Numbered from the stretch's first letter, positions 12,346 through 23,285 are shown. The stretch is 64,000 bases of DNA from Ignavibacteriales bacterium (GCA_016214905.1 JACRMQ010000007.1:328965-392964); one strand, 5' to 3'. Program-made: numbers and translations. The notes: generated from the sequence alone by a model not told the origin.

Positions 12346-14550
12346 TTATTTTGTTTGAAGTATAAAAAGTCCGTTCCAATTTTCAGGAGGAGGTGATTTT
12401 TTATAAAGATAGGATCGCTCGATGTATAACTGAGATGGAAAATCATCAGCGACTATTTGTAACACGTTTTCAAATCCTTTAATCGCATCATCAAATTCTC
12501 TCCGACGATAATGTGTCAATGCCTCGGTATACTGTTTAACCAACTGCAATTTTTCTTCAGGTAATGATTCCCCCACCAATCCAATAAGCTCATAAACTCT
12601 TATCGGTTCACTTTTACCCATCACAACTAGAAGATCTAATTCGCGGACGATAATTTTATCTTTTACATACTGATAAGTATTTTCGCTTATCATGATATTG
12701 GATTTATATTGTTTGTTAGCGCCTTCAAGGCGAGCACCAAGATTAACACTATCTCCGATAATCGTGTAATCAAACCGCTCGGCACCCCCCATGTTACCAA
12801 CCACAACCTCACCCGTGTTAATACCAATCCTTACACGAAGATCCGACTTCCCTTCGCGCAGCCATACTGGTCTGAGTTCTTCAAGCCGGCGTTGCATTTG
12901 TACGGCGGTTCTGCATGCGCGATACGCATGATCGCTCTGAGGGATTGGCGCTCCCCAAAACGCCACAATCGCATCTCCTTCATATTTATCCAGCGTGCCG
13001 TTATTCTCAAGCAGTATCTTTGTCATCTCGCTAAGATAATCATTCAATATCGTTACAAGGTCTTCCGGACGCATTTGCTCCGACATTTTCGTGAAGTTTT
13101 CTATATCGCTGAAGAATATTGTCAACTCTTTTCGCTCACCGCCAAGCCGCAACTTTTCAGGGTCTGCTATCAATTCGTCTACAACAGTCGGATTTACATA
13201 CTGACTGAACATCCCTTTTATCATTACCTTCTGCCGCCGTTCAACAGCATAATAATACACTATACTTCCGATATAACTTAATATCACAGCCGACAAAGCG
13301 CTTGTCATTTGCACAAGATAGTTTTTTTCAATGAATAACCATGTTGAAATAACAATAATTATATACAGCAAAGAAAGAATAAGGGCTACTCCCAGAATAT
13401 CGATAAGAACGCTAAATTTTATTTTAATTGTTTTCAACCCGGCGATAAAAACAAACGTGAACAAACTTAATCCAATTACCAGAGTAATTGTGATCAGTAA
13501 TGGCTGTGGAATAATAAAATTATTATCAATAATACTTTGAATGACATTCGCATGAATTTCGGCACCGCTCATTTTCTCGAACGGTGTGGGGAAAATATCT
13601 TTCTCTTCGGCAAGGGAAGGACCTGCGCCGACTATGACAATTTTATCTTTAAATGTGCCGTTCGTTAAATAACCGTCCGGTTCATCGAATGTGTTTGTTT
13701 CCAAGCCGGGAAATTCTACTTCTTCTCTCGTCTTAAAATCTTTATCGTCGATAACCTGTTCAAACGGTACACGCGGAAATGTACCTGATCCGCCATAATA
13801 GTTTATTAGGAATGTTGAGTTTTTGTATTTTGGAATTTCCTTATCGAAATATTTAAAAGCGGGTATATTCCCGCCACCGGTTAATGTCGGTGCGATGTAC
13901 ATCGCGGGCAATTGAAAATATTTGTTCAGCACCGCCATCGAAAAACTTGGTAGACTTGTTCCCTGATTTTCATCGTAAACGCCCGGGAAATATTCTCTAA
14001 CTGTTCCTTCGAGGTCGGTTATGACATTTACAATTCCGAAGTTAGAAAATCTGCCGATGAACCGGTTGCCGTACTGTGGCTCGGCAACTCGTATTGTATA
14101 TTGCGTGAGGTCGGACTTTACTTTTCCCGCCAGTACAACATTTCCTTCTTGATTGATGATATTCTGAAATTCGTTTTCTTCTTGAACATGCAAACGGCTG
14201 CGCGATGAGAACAGGATGTCAATCGCAACAACTTTCGCTCCCGCACGGTTAAGATTCCGGACAAGCCGGTTATAATATGAAATTGGGAACGGATAATCGT
14301 CGGGCAAAGATTTAAATGTGCTTTCCTCTATTTCAACTAGAATAACATCGTTATTTTTTTGAATATCTTTGTTGACCGGTTTTTGGCGGAAGCGGTATGT
14401 GATTAAATTTTCTTCGAGTGTTTTTACCGGATCAAGCTTGGTCAAGAATAAAACAACAATAGCAACAACCATGCTTATACTAAGTTGCAAAATAAATAAA
14501 CGAAAAGGTTTTGAGGTTCGAAATGCCATAGGAGGTTTAAATATCGGCAC
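12346..14550 (-). CDS. CHASE2-sensor class III adenylate/guanylate cyclase
   Basis: An N-terminal TM helix is followed by a periplasmic CHASE2-like region, then three TM helices. The cyclase domain contains FFSDIENFTKMSE...YEGDAIVAFWGAP...IGINTGEVVVGNMG, with TPR-like repeats at the C-terminus. Confidence 0.8.
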   Translation of the reverse strand: MPIFKPPMAFRTSKPFRLFILQLSISMVVAIVVLFLTKLDPVKTLEENLITYRFRQKPVNKDIQKNNDVILVEIEESTFKSLPDDYPFPISYYNRLVRNLNRAGAKVVAIDILFSSRSRLHVQEENEFQNIINQEGNVVLAGKVKSDLTQYTIRVAEPQYGNRFIGRFSNFGIVNVITDLEGTVREYFPGVYDENQGTSLPSFSMAVLNKYFQLPAMYIAPTLTGGGNIPAFKYFDKEIPKYKNSTFLINYYGGSGTFPRVPFEQVIDDKDFKTREEVEFPGLETNTFDEPDGYLTNGTFKDKIVIVGAGPSLAEEKDIFPTPFEKMSGAEIHANVIQSIIDNNFIIPQPLLITITLVIGLSLFTFVFIAGLKTIKIKFSVLIDILGVALILSLLYIIIVISTWLFIEKNYLVQMTSALSAVILSYIGSIVYYYAVERRQKVMIKGMFSQYVNPTVVDELIADPEKLRLGGERKELTIFFSDIENFTKMSEQMRPEDLVTILNDYLSEMTKILLENNGTLDKYEGDAIVAFWGAPIPQSDHAYRACRTAVQMQRRLEELRPVWLREGKSDLRVRIGINTGEVVVGNMGGAERFDYTIIGDSVNLGARLEGANKQYKSNIMISENTYQYVKDKIIVRELDLLVVMGKSEPIRVYELIGLVGESLPEEKLQLVKQYTEALTHYRRREFDDAIKGFENVLQIVADDFPSQLYIERSYLYKKSPPPENWNGLFILQTK

Positions 14551-17002
14551 GGAGTGTGAATGTCCAGATAATATCTGTCTGATTTGCCGGCATTCCGGTT
14601 ATTTTATTATTGAAATAGAAATTCAGCGAAGTTTGGGCGCTTAGATATTCGAGAAAATAATACTGGCCGCTTGTTGCCAGTAAGATTCTCTGTAAGCTGC
14701 CAAAGGTTGGACTAAACGATCCGCTCAAATTGAGTTTATTCGCTAACATTTTGTATTGACCGTTGACGTAAAGCGTTGTATATGTTACATTGTTTTCTGT
14801 TCCGCGGGAAGAATAATATTTGCTCGAGTTGACATTGATATTAAATATGGTTTGTAGAGGAATATCAAACGTGGAGACCACGCTCAAGCCGAGCGATAAA
14901 TTTTTCGTGTCGAAATTTCGGGGAGTGTTATCATCATGCACAGAAGTACTGAGATTTAGTTGTGCATTATGTTCGATTATATAAGAAAATCCTTTTTGAA
15001 GTTGAATAATAAATCTGTTTGTACCTTCACCAACAACCGCAGTTGTGTCGGTATTCGGTAAATCATTTAAATTCGTTGATCGGAGAAACGCAATCGATAT
15101 GTTCGGGATAGATATTGAAGCAGGATAATAACTGACACCTGCGTTTATTGTTGAAAAAGTTGTCGTTGCTGGTTTAGAAAATGATGTGTTGTCCTGAAGT
15201 CGTTCATAACCACCAGAAATAAATAACCTGTTATCCAGCAATCTCAACCGATCCGATAATGAATATCCCTGAACATCCGTTCGCAGGAAAGATTGACCGA
15301 ACGATTCATACCCGTCTCCGTGACGAAGATAAGTTAACCGAAAGTTGTTATTAAAATAATTCAACTTCAAACCTGTTTCATAAGAGAGGGTTGGAAAATG
15401 TTTTATGTTCAGCGGAATTAAATTTTCGTTCACAGTAATGATGTTTTTAACCAGATCGCGGATTTTCCGCATGTCGTCTCGTTCTTTTTCGTCGCTGTCT
15501 GCAAAAAGACTATCGATATCCGAATCGTTGAACGAACCGTTAGTTATATCATTGTTTGTTGCACTGAAGGCAACCTGCCCGGTTAATTCAAAATTATCCC
15601 GGTCAATTGACACATTGAGATCTGAACCGAAGACAACATTTTCCTGAGGTCTGGCGCCGAACAAAATTGAAGTTGGATCGTCTTTCGATTTCAGATAGCT
15701 GATTCCCCAATGAGAGCCGTATCTGTTTCCGAAACTTGGGCGAACCGCCATAATATCCCGCGAAAAAATACCCGGTTTAACTTTAACCCAACGCGCAAAA
15801 CCGTTAAGTGAATCGTAAAAACGAAATACGGCTGTCGGGTCTGATTGCTGTGATTGATTCAATAAACTATCTAAGATTGGCTCACCTATGCTGCCTTCAA
15901 CCCTTCGTGTGATGGCTCCCTTCACAAAGTCGAGATTGAATTTATTGAGCGTGAGATTTGTGAAGAATCCGCGAACTCGCTTACCGTTCATTACCAAATC
16001 GGGAAAAACCGGAAATACATCTCCGTAACCGATTTTCAACCAAGGTGATTCTCCGATAATATGATATCGATTTTGCGGTTGGCGAATGGCACGTTCTTCG
16101 TTCGTGTTGTACAGAAAACCTCTTACTTCAAATTCTTTATATGAACCGTTTGCCGATAATGTGGCTCGATTGTACGGAGTAGTTCTATCAGAAATATGTT
16201 CCTGTCTGGTTTCAAGTTGAAGGAAAGCGCCATACCGCCAGGGAGAAATAACAAATGTATCTTTCATCCCTGGACTCACAGGACCTTCCAGTGTGAATTC
16301 CCAAGAATAAGATAATTGAGTAACACCCATGCTGTCAATAATTTCAACTCTTACTTTGTGCCTACCGGGTTGTATACCAATAAGGGCGTTTTGGGGACGA
16401 AGAACAACCAAATCACCGTAGCGTATAATCAACGCAGATAGATCGGTTTCATCGAATATTATTTTTAAAGGTAACTCTGATACAGTAGTATCAAGGTTAG
16501 CGAGTGAGAATGATATTAATAATTCATCAGACCGTAAAACCTCATCACGATCAGGGCTAAGCACAATCAATTTATAATCAATCGATTCAACAGATTCGAA
16601 ACTAATTTTTAACGGTTGAGATTTTGGATTTTCGACGGGGTAGGTTTCCGGTTCCGGACGTCCATCAATTGTAATGATAAAATAATATTCAACAAACGGC
16701 GGTTCAATTACCTCTCCCGGGAGTAAGATGGTCGCAGTTGTACCGACCAGTGACATTTCGTTCTGTTTGAATTCCTGTTCACCAAATCTTCTGAATGCGA
16801 TTTCGATTTTTTCCACTTTACTCGACTGAAAAAAATCAACCTGAACCGATAAAGGCATTCCTGTTTGTGGAGTTCCGATGACGACCTTTGAAACAGTACC
16901 GCTAATTTGTGGAACTACCGGATTGGATATTACTATAGTCAGAATTCCTAACAGCCAGAACCTTGTCCAGCGCAAGCCAAATATTCTTTTCATAACGGGC
17001 AA
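14537..17002 (-). CDS. Large secreted/outer-membrane hypothetical protein (821 aa) with a beta-rich C-terminal half
   Basis: An N-terminal signal-like segment is present. Alternating hydrophobic patterns run through the C-terminal 400 aa. It overlaps the cyclase start by 14 nt, which suggests an operon. Confidence 0.5.
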   Translation of the reverse strand: MPVMKRIFGLRWTRFWLLGILTIVISNPVVPQISGTVSKVVIGTPQTGMPLSVQVDFFQSSKVEKIEIAFRRFGEQEFKQNEMSLVGTTATILLPGEVIEPPFVEYYFIITIDGRPEPETYPVENPKSQPLKISFESVESIDYKLIVLSPDRDEVLRSDELLISFSLANLDTTVSELPLKIIFDETDLSALIIRYGDLVVLRPQNALIGIQPGRHKVRVEIIDSMGVTQLSYSWEFTLEGPVSPGMKDTFVISPWRYGAFLQLETRQEHISDRTTPYNRATLSANGSYKEFEVRGFLYNTNEERAIRQPQNRYHIIGESPWLKIGYGDVFPVFPDLVMNGKRVRGFFTNLTLNKFNLDFVKGAITRRVEGSIGEPILDSLLNQSQQSDPTAVFRFYDSLNGFARWVKVKPGIFSRDIMAVRPSFGNRYGSHWGISYLKSKDDPTSILFGARPQENVVFGSDLNVSIDRDNFELTGQVAFSATNNDITNGSFNDSDIDSLFADSDEKERDDMRKIRDLVKNIITVNENLIPLNIKHFPTLSYETGLKLNYFNNNFRLTYLRHGDGYESFGQSFLRTDVQGYSLSDRLRLLDNRLFISGGYERLQDNTSFSKPATTTFSTINAGVSYYPASISIPNISIAFLRSTNLNDLPNTDTTAVVGEGTNRFIIQLQKGFSYIIEHNAQLNLSTSVHDDNTPRNFDTKNLSLGLSVVSTFDIPLQTIFNINVNSSKYYSSRGTENNVTYTTLYVNGQYKMLANKLNLSGSFSPTFGSLQRILLATSGQYYFLEYLSAQTSLNFYFNNKITGMPANQTDIIWTFTLRADI

Positions 17003-17067
17003 ACCGATACTTATTCCTGATTATTTTACCGGAAGCAAGATACAAAATTTAAGAATAATCTGCTTGG

Positions 17068-17781
17068 TTATTCTTTGTAATCAAGTTTTAAGGTTTTTTT
17101 TGTACCTTTGAGATCTTTCATCTCTATTTTCAATTGACGGCGTGATTCATCCGTAGATGCAAATCGAACGGCATCCGCAAGTTCGCTCTCAGTTGCTGTG
17201 CGCATTTCGACAGTCCCGTCATCGTTCGAGAAGCCGATGAATCCGCCTTCCAGTTCCACTTCGTTATTTGATAATCGGTTTTTCAATAACACTTTTCCTT
17301 CGATCAAAATGAGCGTGTCAGAATGTTCACTCCTGCACCACTTTCCTTTTGTTCCTCTGATAGATGCCACTGAAGTCGGTGATGTTAATTGGAACTGTTG
17401 ATTGTTTTTTTGTTTGGTGACATCGAAACCAATTCCACCCCTTTCCAAAAATGCTTCTTTCATGGTAGAGTTTCTTAGACCGCCGCTTTTAATAGTTAAT
17501 ACTGCTTGTTCACGTACACGAATTATACTATTATCTTCCGTAAACTTTACCAGAGCAAACGCTTTGCGGCCTGTTTTTAATTTATCTTCCGGAAATAATG
17601 GCGTGCTAATTTGCGCTTTCTCCGTTTTTCCTTCTTGTGTAACTTTTTGTACGTCGTTATATGCCTTCTTGACGATGGCAACGCCGTTTGATTCTCCTGC
17701 AATTAAATTGAGTAGCGGTGCGAGTAGAAATACCATCGTACCGATTATTTTAATCGTTTCAGAAAAATATATCCGTTTCAT
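17068..17781 (-). CDS. FecR-domain-like secreted protein
   Basis: A signal peptide is followed by a beta-rich region of 237 aa whose pattern recalls the FecR/PF04773 fold. Assignment is by pattern only. Confidence 0.4.
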   Translation of the reverse strand: MKRIYFSETIKIIGTMVFLLAPLLNLIAGESNGVAIVKKAYNDVQKVTQEGKTEKAQISTPLFPEDKLKTGRKAFALVKFTEDNSIIRVREQAVLTIKSGGLRNSTMKEAFLERGGIGFDVTKQKNNQQFQLTSPTSVASIRGTKGKWCRSEHSDTLILIEGKVLLKNRLSNNEVELEGGFIGFSNDDGTVEMRTATESELADAVRFASTDESRRQLKIEMKDLKGTKKTLKLDYKE

Positions 17782-17808
17782 ATTCGATCTCCTTCGAGAC
17801 GATAATTT

Positions 17809-18921
17809 TTATTCAACATTTAAATTCATGTCAACTGCATCGGATTGTAATTGCCGCAGCAGTTTCAGAAGATCATCTTTCGATAAAGATGTTCCGTCAA
17901 GCAATCCGTTATCGAAAGTGAATTTAGATTTTTTTAACGAAGCAATAAGTTCGGGATATTGTTTACCGAACATTTCTTCCAACATTCTTAAAACATCATC
18001 AATGGATTTATCCTGAGAATTTTGATCGCCGGCACCGCCGACCTGAACTTCGTTTGATACATAAAATAATCCGATCGGACTTGATACTTCTATCTCAGAG
18101 CCCGCTGGTCCGGCTGTTTTGCTAACTACCCGCCAAACATATGTTTTGCCCGATTCGAGCGGACGACCACCGCCATATAAAAATGAATTTGTCCCTGCGA
18201 TCTCAACCTTGTTCATCGGTGGTTCTTGGATTATCGCATCTTCGCGCGATTGTTCGGATCGAAGCTCCGCAACTGTCAACTCGGCTTTAACTCCGTCGTG
18301 ATAAAATTCAAATAGCGGAAACGGTGATGTTGTTTCACCGTCTAACGGCGTACGCAAATCAACACGCGTAGGATTTTCCAAATTTAACTCGCCCACCGGA
18401 GGCTTTGATGAAACAACACCACACCGGGTGTTTGTTAATGTAAAGTTAAACGAATATTTACCGGCCGGAAATTTTCCGGTAGCCATCGCGACATCTTGTA
18501 TATTCACCCGAACATCATCCTTGTTGGGAGTTTCTTCTGAATTTAAGCGGTACTCTGCTCTATTCAAGTCCATGTTCGTCAGCATAAGAGTCCCCGGGTT
18601 GATAATCAAATTATCATGCGAAAAAATATAAGCCGGTTCGTATCTTTTGCCGCTTGCCAGTTTAATGTTTACCGTAAGTGTAAGTTTTGCAGTGACAGGG
18701 AATGTAGATTCGTTCTTTATCCGAAGAGTAAATAAGAGGGTTCTACTTTCAAAATGTTCAAAATCGACATCGGAAATGGTCAACTGTTGAATATCGGCAT
18801 ATGAAACCGAAAATTCGGAAATTGGACAATCCGATTGAGCCCGTACATTTTGATTTAGTGAAAAAAGAAAGATGCATATACAAATTGTCAGCATCTTTAA
18901 AAATAAATTTTTGTTCTTCAT
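17809..18921 (-). CDS. Secreted hypothetical protein (370 aa)
   Basis: A signal peptide MLTICICIFLFSLNQNVRA is present. No motif was recognised. It is the first gene of the minus-strand operon. Confidence 0.5.
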   Translation of the reverse strand: MKNKNLFLKMLTICICIFLFSLNQNVRAQSDCPISEFSVSYADIQQLTISDVDFEHFESRTLLFTLRIKNESTFPVTAKLTLTVNIKLASGKRYEPAYIFSHDNLIINPGTLMLTNMDLNRAEYRLNSEETPNKDDVRVNIQDVAMATGKFPAGKYSFNFTLTNTRCGVVSSKPPVGELNLENPTRVDLRTPLDGETTSPFPLFEFYHDGVKAELTVAELRSEQSREDAIIQEPPMNKVEIAGTNSFLYGGGRPLESGKTYVWRVVSKTAGPAGSEIEVSSPIGLFYVSNEVQVGGAGDQNSQDKSIDDVLRMLEEMFGKQYPELIASLKKSKFTFDNGLLDGTSLSKDDLLKLLRQLQSDAVDMNLNVE

Positions 18922-19051
18922 AGCAACTCCTTGGATGATACTATGATGTTTAAATATTTTACAAATTATGTTCTGTACTCATTATTTCAATTAAGATAAT
19001 AAACAGATTATCCGTTAAATATAAAAATCATGTGTGGCTCGAATCACGTCA

Positions 19052-20365
19052 TTAAAATCTTACAATATCGTTATATATGACAAAAACCATAAAAATCAAT
19101 AAAAGGATAAAACCCGCCTGCTGTATTACAATCTTCACCTTATTCGGGATCTCTTTTCCCCTTATTTTCTCTATGAGGAAAATCATAAGGTGACCTCCAT
19201 CGAGGGCGGGAATAGGTAATATATTTAAAATTGCCAGACTCATGCTTAATTGTGCCATGAACCAGATAAACATCGAGAATCCGTACTCAGCACTCTGAGT
19301 GGCAAGCTGAGCGATCGCTATAGGACCACCAAGCGAATCGCGCATCGATGTTTTGCCTGCAAATATTTTACTGAATGTCAGATAAAAGAGATATACAGAT
19401 TCTTTCACATCGTTCAATGCGATGGTAAAAGATTGAAAAACAGAATATTGAATTCTCTTCGAAGGACCGACATAATGACTGCTTAGCCTGACGCCGATTC
19501 TACCTTCAGGTGTAACAGTGATAGTATCTGTTAAAATATTCTGAGCGCGTTTCCATGTGATTGAAATATTTTTTCCGGCATTACTTCGAATCATTGATAC
19601 CGCTTCAATCTGATTTACTTTTTTATCTCCCACACCGATAAGCGTATCACCAGGCAACAAACCAAGCTTGCCTGCGGGTAGACTCGATTCTACCCCGTCG
19701 ATGACTGTTGCTGTATGCGCCACAAGTAATCCGGGCGTGGAATCGGACATTGCTGAAACTTTTAACTGTGGTATGTTGAGATGTATTTGTTGACCGTTAC
19801 GATCAATAACCAGATCAATTTCATTACCCGCATTCTTTACATAGAGTAAGTTTTGAACTTCATCCCAATGAGTTACATTGTCACCGTTTATAGATAGAAT
19901 TCTGTCTGCCGGAAGTAGACCCGCTTTCTCAAAAGGAGAATTGTGAAAAACGTATCCAACCTGAGTCGTCTCGGCGGTATAAGAACCCTGCGAAAAGTGT
20001 AGTCCCCAAAAAATTATTAATGCGAGTAACACATTCATTATCACTCCGCCCGAAATAACAATTGTTTTTGCCCATAAAGGTTTTGAACGAAACTCCCATG
20101 GCTCAGGTTCTTTGGTCAAAAAATTTGTATCCATGCTCTCATCAATCATACCTGCAATCTTAACATATCCGCCTATCGGTATCCACGAGAGGCAATAATC
20201 TGTCTCACCAATTTTTTTCCCGAATGCTCTTGGAGGAAAACCGATTGAAAATCTGTCAACACGCATACCCGTCAACTTAGCGGTGATGAAATGCCCGAAC
20301 TCATGAATAAATATCAGCACGCCAAGTGTGATTGCGGTATAAAATAACATATTGATGATTTGCAT
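19052..20365 (-). CDS. rseP: RIP (site-2) zinc metalloprotease RseP
   Basis: HEFGHFITAK is the HExxH motif in TM1. A PDZ domain and the LDGG motif are present. The gene lies downstream of dxr, as in the classic dxr-rseP synteny. Confidence 0.88.
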   Translation of the reverse strand: MQIINMLFYTAITLGVLIFIHEFGHFITAKLTGMRVDRFSIGFPPRAFGKKIGETDYCLSWIPIGGYVKIAGMIDESMDTNFLTKEPEPWEFRSKPLWAKTIVISGGVIMNVLLALIIFWGLHFSQGSYTAETTQVGYVFHNSPFEKAGLLPADRILSINGDNVTHWDEVQNLLYVKNAGNEIDLVIDRNGQQIHLNIPQLKVSAMSDSTPGLLVAHTATVIDGVESSLPAGKLGLLPGDTLIGVGDKKVNQIEAVSMIRSNAGKNISITWKRAQNILTDTITVTPEGRIGVRLSSHYVGPSKRIQYSVFQSFTIALNDVKESVYLFYLTFSKIFAGKTSMRDSLGGPIAIAQLATQSAEYGFSMFIWFMAQLSMSLAILNILPIPALDGGHLMIFLIEKIRGKEIPNKVKIVIQQAGFILLLIFMVFVIYNDIVRF

Positions 20366-20380
20366 TTAAGAATCCTTTGG

Positions 20381-21535
20381 TTATCGTGTAATACTTAATA
20401 CAACATCTCGCGCTGCTCGATCGGTTTCTTCGATATCGGAGAGTGTTGGTTTACAAACGCACTTAATTTTATCCAGTGCTGTTGATATTACGGTCGGAAT
20501 TTTGTGAAATGGAAGTTTTCCGGAGAGAAATTTTTCAACAGCGACTTCATTCGCGGCATTCAAAACCGCAGGCATTGTGCCACCAATCTTGATAGCATCA
20601 TATGCGAGCTGAAGGCATCTAAATTTCTTTTTATCCGGTTTAAAAAATGTCATTTGCCCCAACGAAAAAAAATCCACTGTTGCATTGTTCGATTTGAACC
20701 GTTGGGGGTATGTTAGTGCATACTGAATTGGTATCCTCATATCTGGAACACCAAGTTGTGCTTTTATTGAACCGTCAACAAATTCCACCATCGAGTGTAT
20801 GATTGATTGAGGATGAATAAGGACATCGATTTTTTCAGGTGGTAAATTAAAAAGCCACCGCGCTTCAATAACCTCCAAACCTTTATTCATCATTGTTGCG
20901 GAATCTATGGTTATTTTACTCCCCATGCTCCAATTCGGATGGTTTAGCGCTTGCTTGATTGTTATCTTAGAAAAATTATTCTTGGTGGTATTTAAGAACG
21001 GACCGCCCGATGCGGTTAATATTATTCTGTTTACATTTCCGAAACTTTCTCCGATTAAACATTGCATAATCGCGCTGTGCTCACTATCGATAGGTATCAA
21101 AGATGCGTTGTACTTTTTAACCATCGGCATAATTAATTCACCTGCCACAACGAGTGATTCTTTGTTTGCCAGCGCTACTGTTTTTCCATGTTTGATCGCC
21201 TCAAGGGTTGGGTGTAAACCTGCAAATCCCACCAAAGAATTAATTACAATATCTACATCCTTGGCGGAAACAATATCTTTCAAACCGTCTGTTCCGGATA
21301 AAACCCTTACGGAGTTTTTCAGTTTTTGCCGGAGCGATTTAGCCGCTATCTCATCAAAAACCACAACCGTTTTAGGATGGAATTTCATAATCTGTTTTTC
21401 AAGCAGATTAATGTTGTTTTTTGTACCCAGCGTCTGCACATTGAATTTGTCGGGGAAACGGGCAATAACATCAAGACTATTGGCCCCGATCGAACCTGTC
21501 GATCCTAGTATGCAGATATTTTTTTTCTTCGCCAT
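20381..21535 (-). CDS. dxr: 1-deoxy-D-xylulose 5-phosphate reductoisomerase
   Basis: ILGSTGSIGANSLDV is the NADPH-binding N-terminus, and the protein is Dxr-typical throughout. Confidence 0.9.
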   Translation of the reverse strand: MAKKKNICILGSTGSIGANSLDVIARFPDKFNVQTLGTKNNINLLEKQIMKFHPKTVVVFDEIAAKSLRQKLKNSVRVLSGTDGLKDIVSAKDVDIVINSLVGFAGLHPTLEAIKHGKTVALANKESLVVAGELIMPMVKKYNASLIPIDSEHSAIMQCLIGESFGNVNRIILTASGGPFLNTTKNNFSKITIKQALNHPNWSMGSKITIDSATMMNKGLEVIEARWLFNLPPEKIDVLIHPQSIIHSMVEFVDGSIKAQLGVPDMRIPIQYALTYPQRFKSNNATVDFFSLGQMTFFKPDKKKFRCLQLAYDAIKIGGTMPAVLNAANEVAVEKFLSGKLPFHKIPTVISTALDKIKCVCKPTLSDIEETDRAARDVVLSITR

Positions 21536-21837
21536 AAAATAAGATGCCCCTAATTATGGGGCAATATTTATTTCAAGTTAACAAAATCTGAGCTTGAAAA
21601 CAAACACCAGTCTACCGACATTGCTAAGGATAGTAGTAACGCCGGATTTTGTCGATTGTTTTAGCATCTCGGCGAATTTTTTTGACATTCATTCTCTTCA
21701 TTAAATTGCGCTTATAGGTATAGATCATCCTAAAAAATATATTTTGGGATAACATCCGAATTGATCTTGGTAGAAAATTGATCAAGAAATAATAACTTTA
21801 TTAATGTCTCATTAAAGTTATTCTTAGAACGAGTCAA

Positions 21838-23283
21838 TCAGAAGGGTGAATCATCAGGTAATAAATTGGGGGGAGCGATCATGAATTCGAGTTTTTCAAA
21901 ACTTGCGTACTCCTTGTGGAATTGTAGTCGAACCATGCCGGTCGGTCCGTTTCTTTGTTTTCCTATAATTATCTCGGCAATCCCTTCGGATGGGATTGTA
22001 TTACCATCGTCATCTTTAATATCTGTGATACCGTATGTTTCCGGACGATGAACAAATATCACGACATCTGCGTCCTGTTCAATTGCTCCGGATTCGCGCA
22101 AATCTGAAAGCATCGGTCGTTTATCTCCACGCGATTCAACTCCACGGTTTAACTGTGAAAGCGCGATGACCGGAACATCGATTTCTTTTGCGAGCGCTTT
22201 CAGAGACCTGGAGATCATTGAGATTTCCCGCTCACGAGATTCAGAATTTTTAGGACCCTGTATTAACTGCAGGTAATCGACTATGATCAGACCGATTTCA
22301 TGTTCAGCTTTCAATCGACGTGCCTTTGCCCGCAGTTCCAACATCGTAAGCGCGGGTGTGTCGTCGATAAATATTTTTGCTTCTGCCAGCCGTCCAACAT
22401 TGCGGCTGAGATTTTTCCATTTATCCTCATGCAAACGACCGGTGCGAAGTTCGTGTGCATTCACGCGTGCTTCGGACGAGAGCATTCTAATTATTAATTG
22501 TCGTTCCGACATTTCGATACTGAATATCGCGACAGCACATTTTTTTTCTTTATGAAGCGCCGCGTTCCGCGCTACCGATAATGCGAATGCAGTCTTACCC
22601 TGACTTGGACGTCCGGCAACAATAATGAGATCCGATTTTTGAAATCCGCCGGTTTTTTCGTCTAAAGTTGGGAAACCTGATGGAGCACCCGTTATTCCAC
22701 TGTGTTTACCATGAATTTCCTGAAGCATCTCGAACGTTTCATGAAGAGCGCGGTTGATAGGTGTAAACGATCGGCGCATGCGCTTTTCGGAAATCTGAAA
22801 AATTTTCGACTCCGCCTCATCCAAAAGATCAAGAGCATCTTCAGTATTGCTGTATGCCCGGGTTCCTATCTCAGATGATGCCGAAATCAAACTTCTCATC
22901 AGCGCTTTTTCTAGGACTATCCGGGCATGGTATTCAACGTTGGCTGCAGTTGGAGTGTTTAATGTAAGTTCTGTTATGTAGACAGGGTCTTCGGCATCGT
23001 TGAGTTTACCACGTCGTCGCAATTCTTCAACTACCGTAACCGCATCGATAGGATCACCCTTTTCGAACAATGCCAACATTGCTTGATAAATTTTTTGGTG
23101 TGTTGGATTGTAAAAACTTTGGTAGTCAAGAAGCTCTAAAACTTTCGGCGCGGCCTCTTTCTCGATAAGCATGGCTCCAAGAACCGCCTTCTCAACATCT
23201 ACGGCTTGCGGTGGTATGCGTCCAGAAAAATTTAGATCGCTATCGGAAAAATTCTGTGTTGTTGTTTTTTTATCTCTGGGCAT
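21838..23283 (-). CDS. dnaB: Replicative DNA helicase DnaB
   Basis: An N-terminal DnaB domain (VEKAVLGAMLIE) is followed by a RecA-like domain with Walker A AGRPSQGKTAFAL. Confidence 0.9.
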   Translation of the reverse strand: MPRDKKTTTQNFSDSDLNFSGRIPPQAVDVEKAVLGAMLIEKEAAPKVLELLDYQSFYNPTHQKIYQAMLALFEKGDPIDAVTVVEELRRRGKLNDAEDPVYITELTLNTPTAANVEYHARIVLEKALMRSLISASSEIGTRAYSNTEDALDLLDEAESKIFQISEKRMRRSFTPINRALHETFEMLQEIHGKHSGITGAPSGFPTLDEKTGGFQKSDLIIVAGRPSQGKTAFALSVARNAALHKEKKCAVAIFSIEMSERQLIIRMLSSEARVNAHELRTGRLHEDKWKNLSRNVGRLAEAKIFIDDTPALTMLELRAKARRLKAEHEIGLIIVDYLQLIQGPKNSESREREISMISRSLKALAKEIDVPVIALSQLNRGVESRGDKRPMLSDLRESGAIEQDADVVIFVHRPETYGITDIKDDDGNTIPSEGIAEIIIGKQRNGPTGMVRLQFHKEYASFEKLEFMIAPPNLLPDDSPF

Positions 23284-23285
23284 GA

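Noticed and set aside
12709-13281. 190-aa plus-strand ORF
   Set aside because: Antisense to the cyclase catalytic domain, which is strongly supported.
20907-21542. 211-aa plus-strand ORF
   Set aside because: Antisense to dxr. Its Cys/Ser/Phe-rich composition is typical of reverse-frame artefacts.
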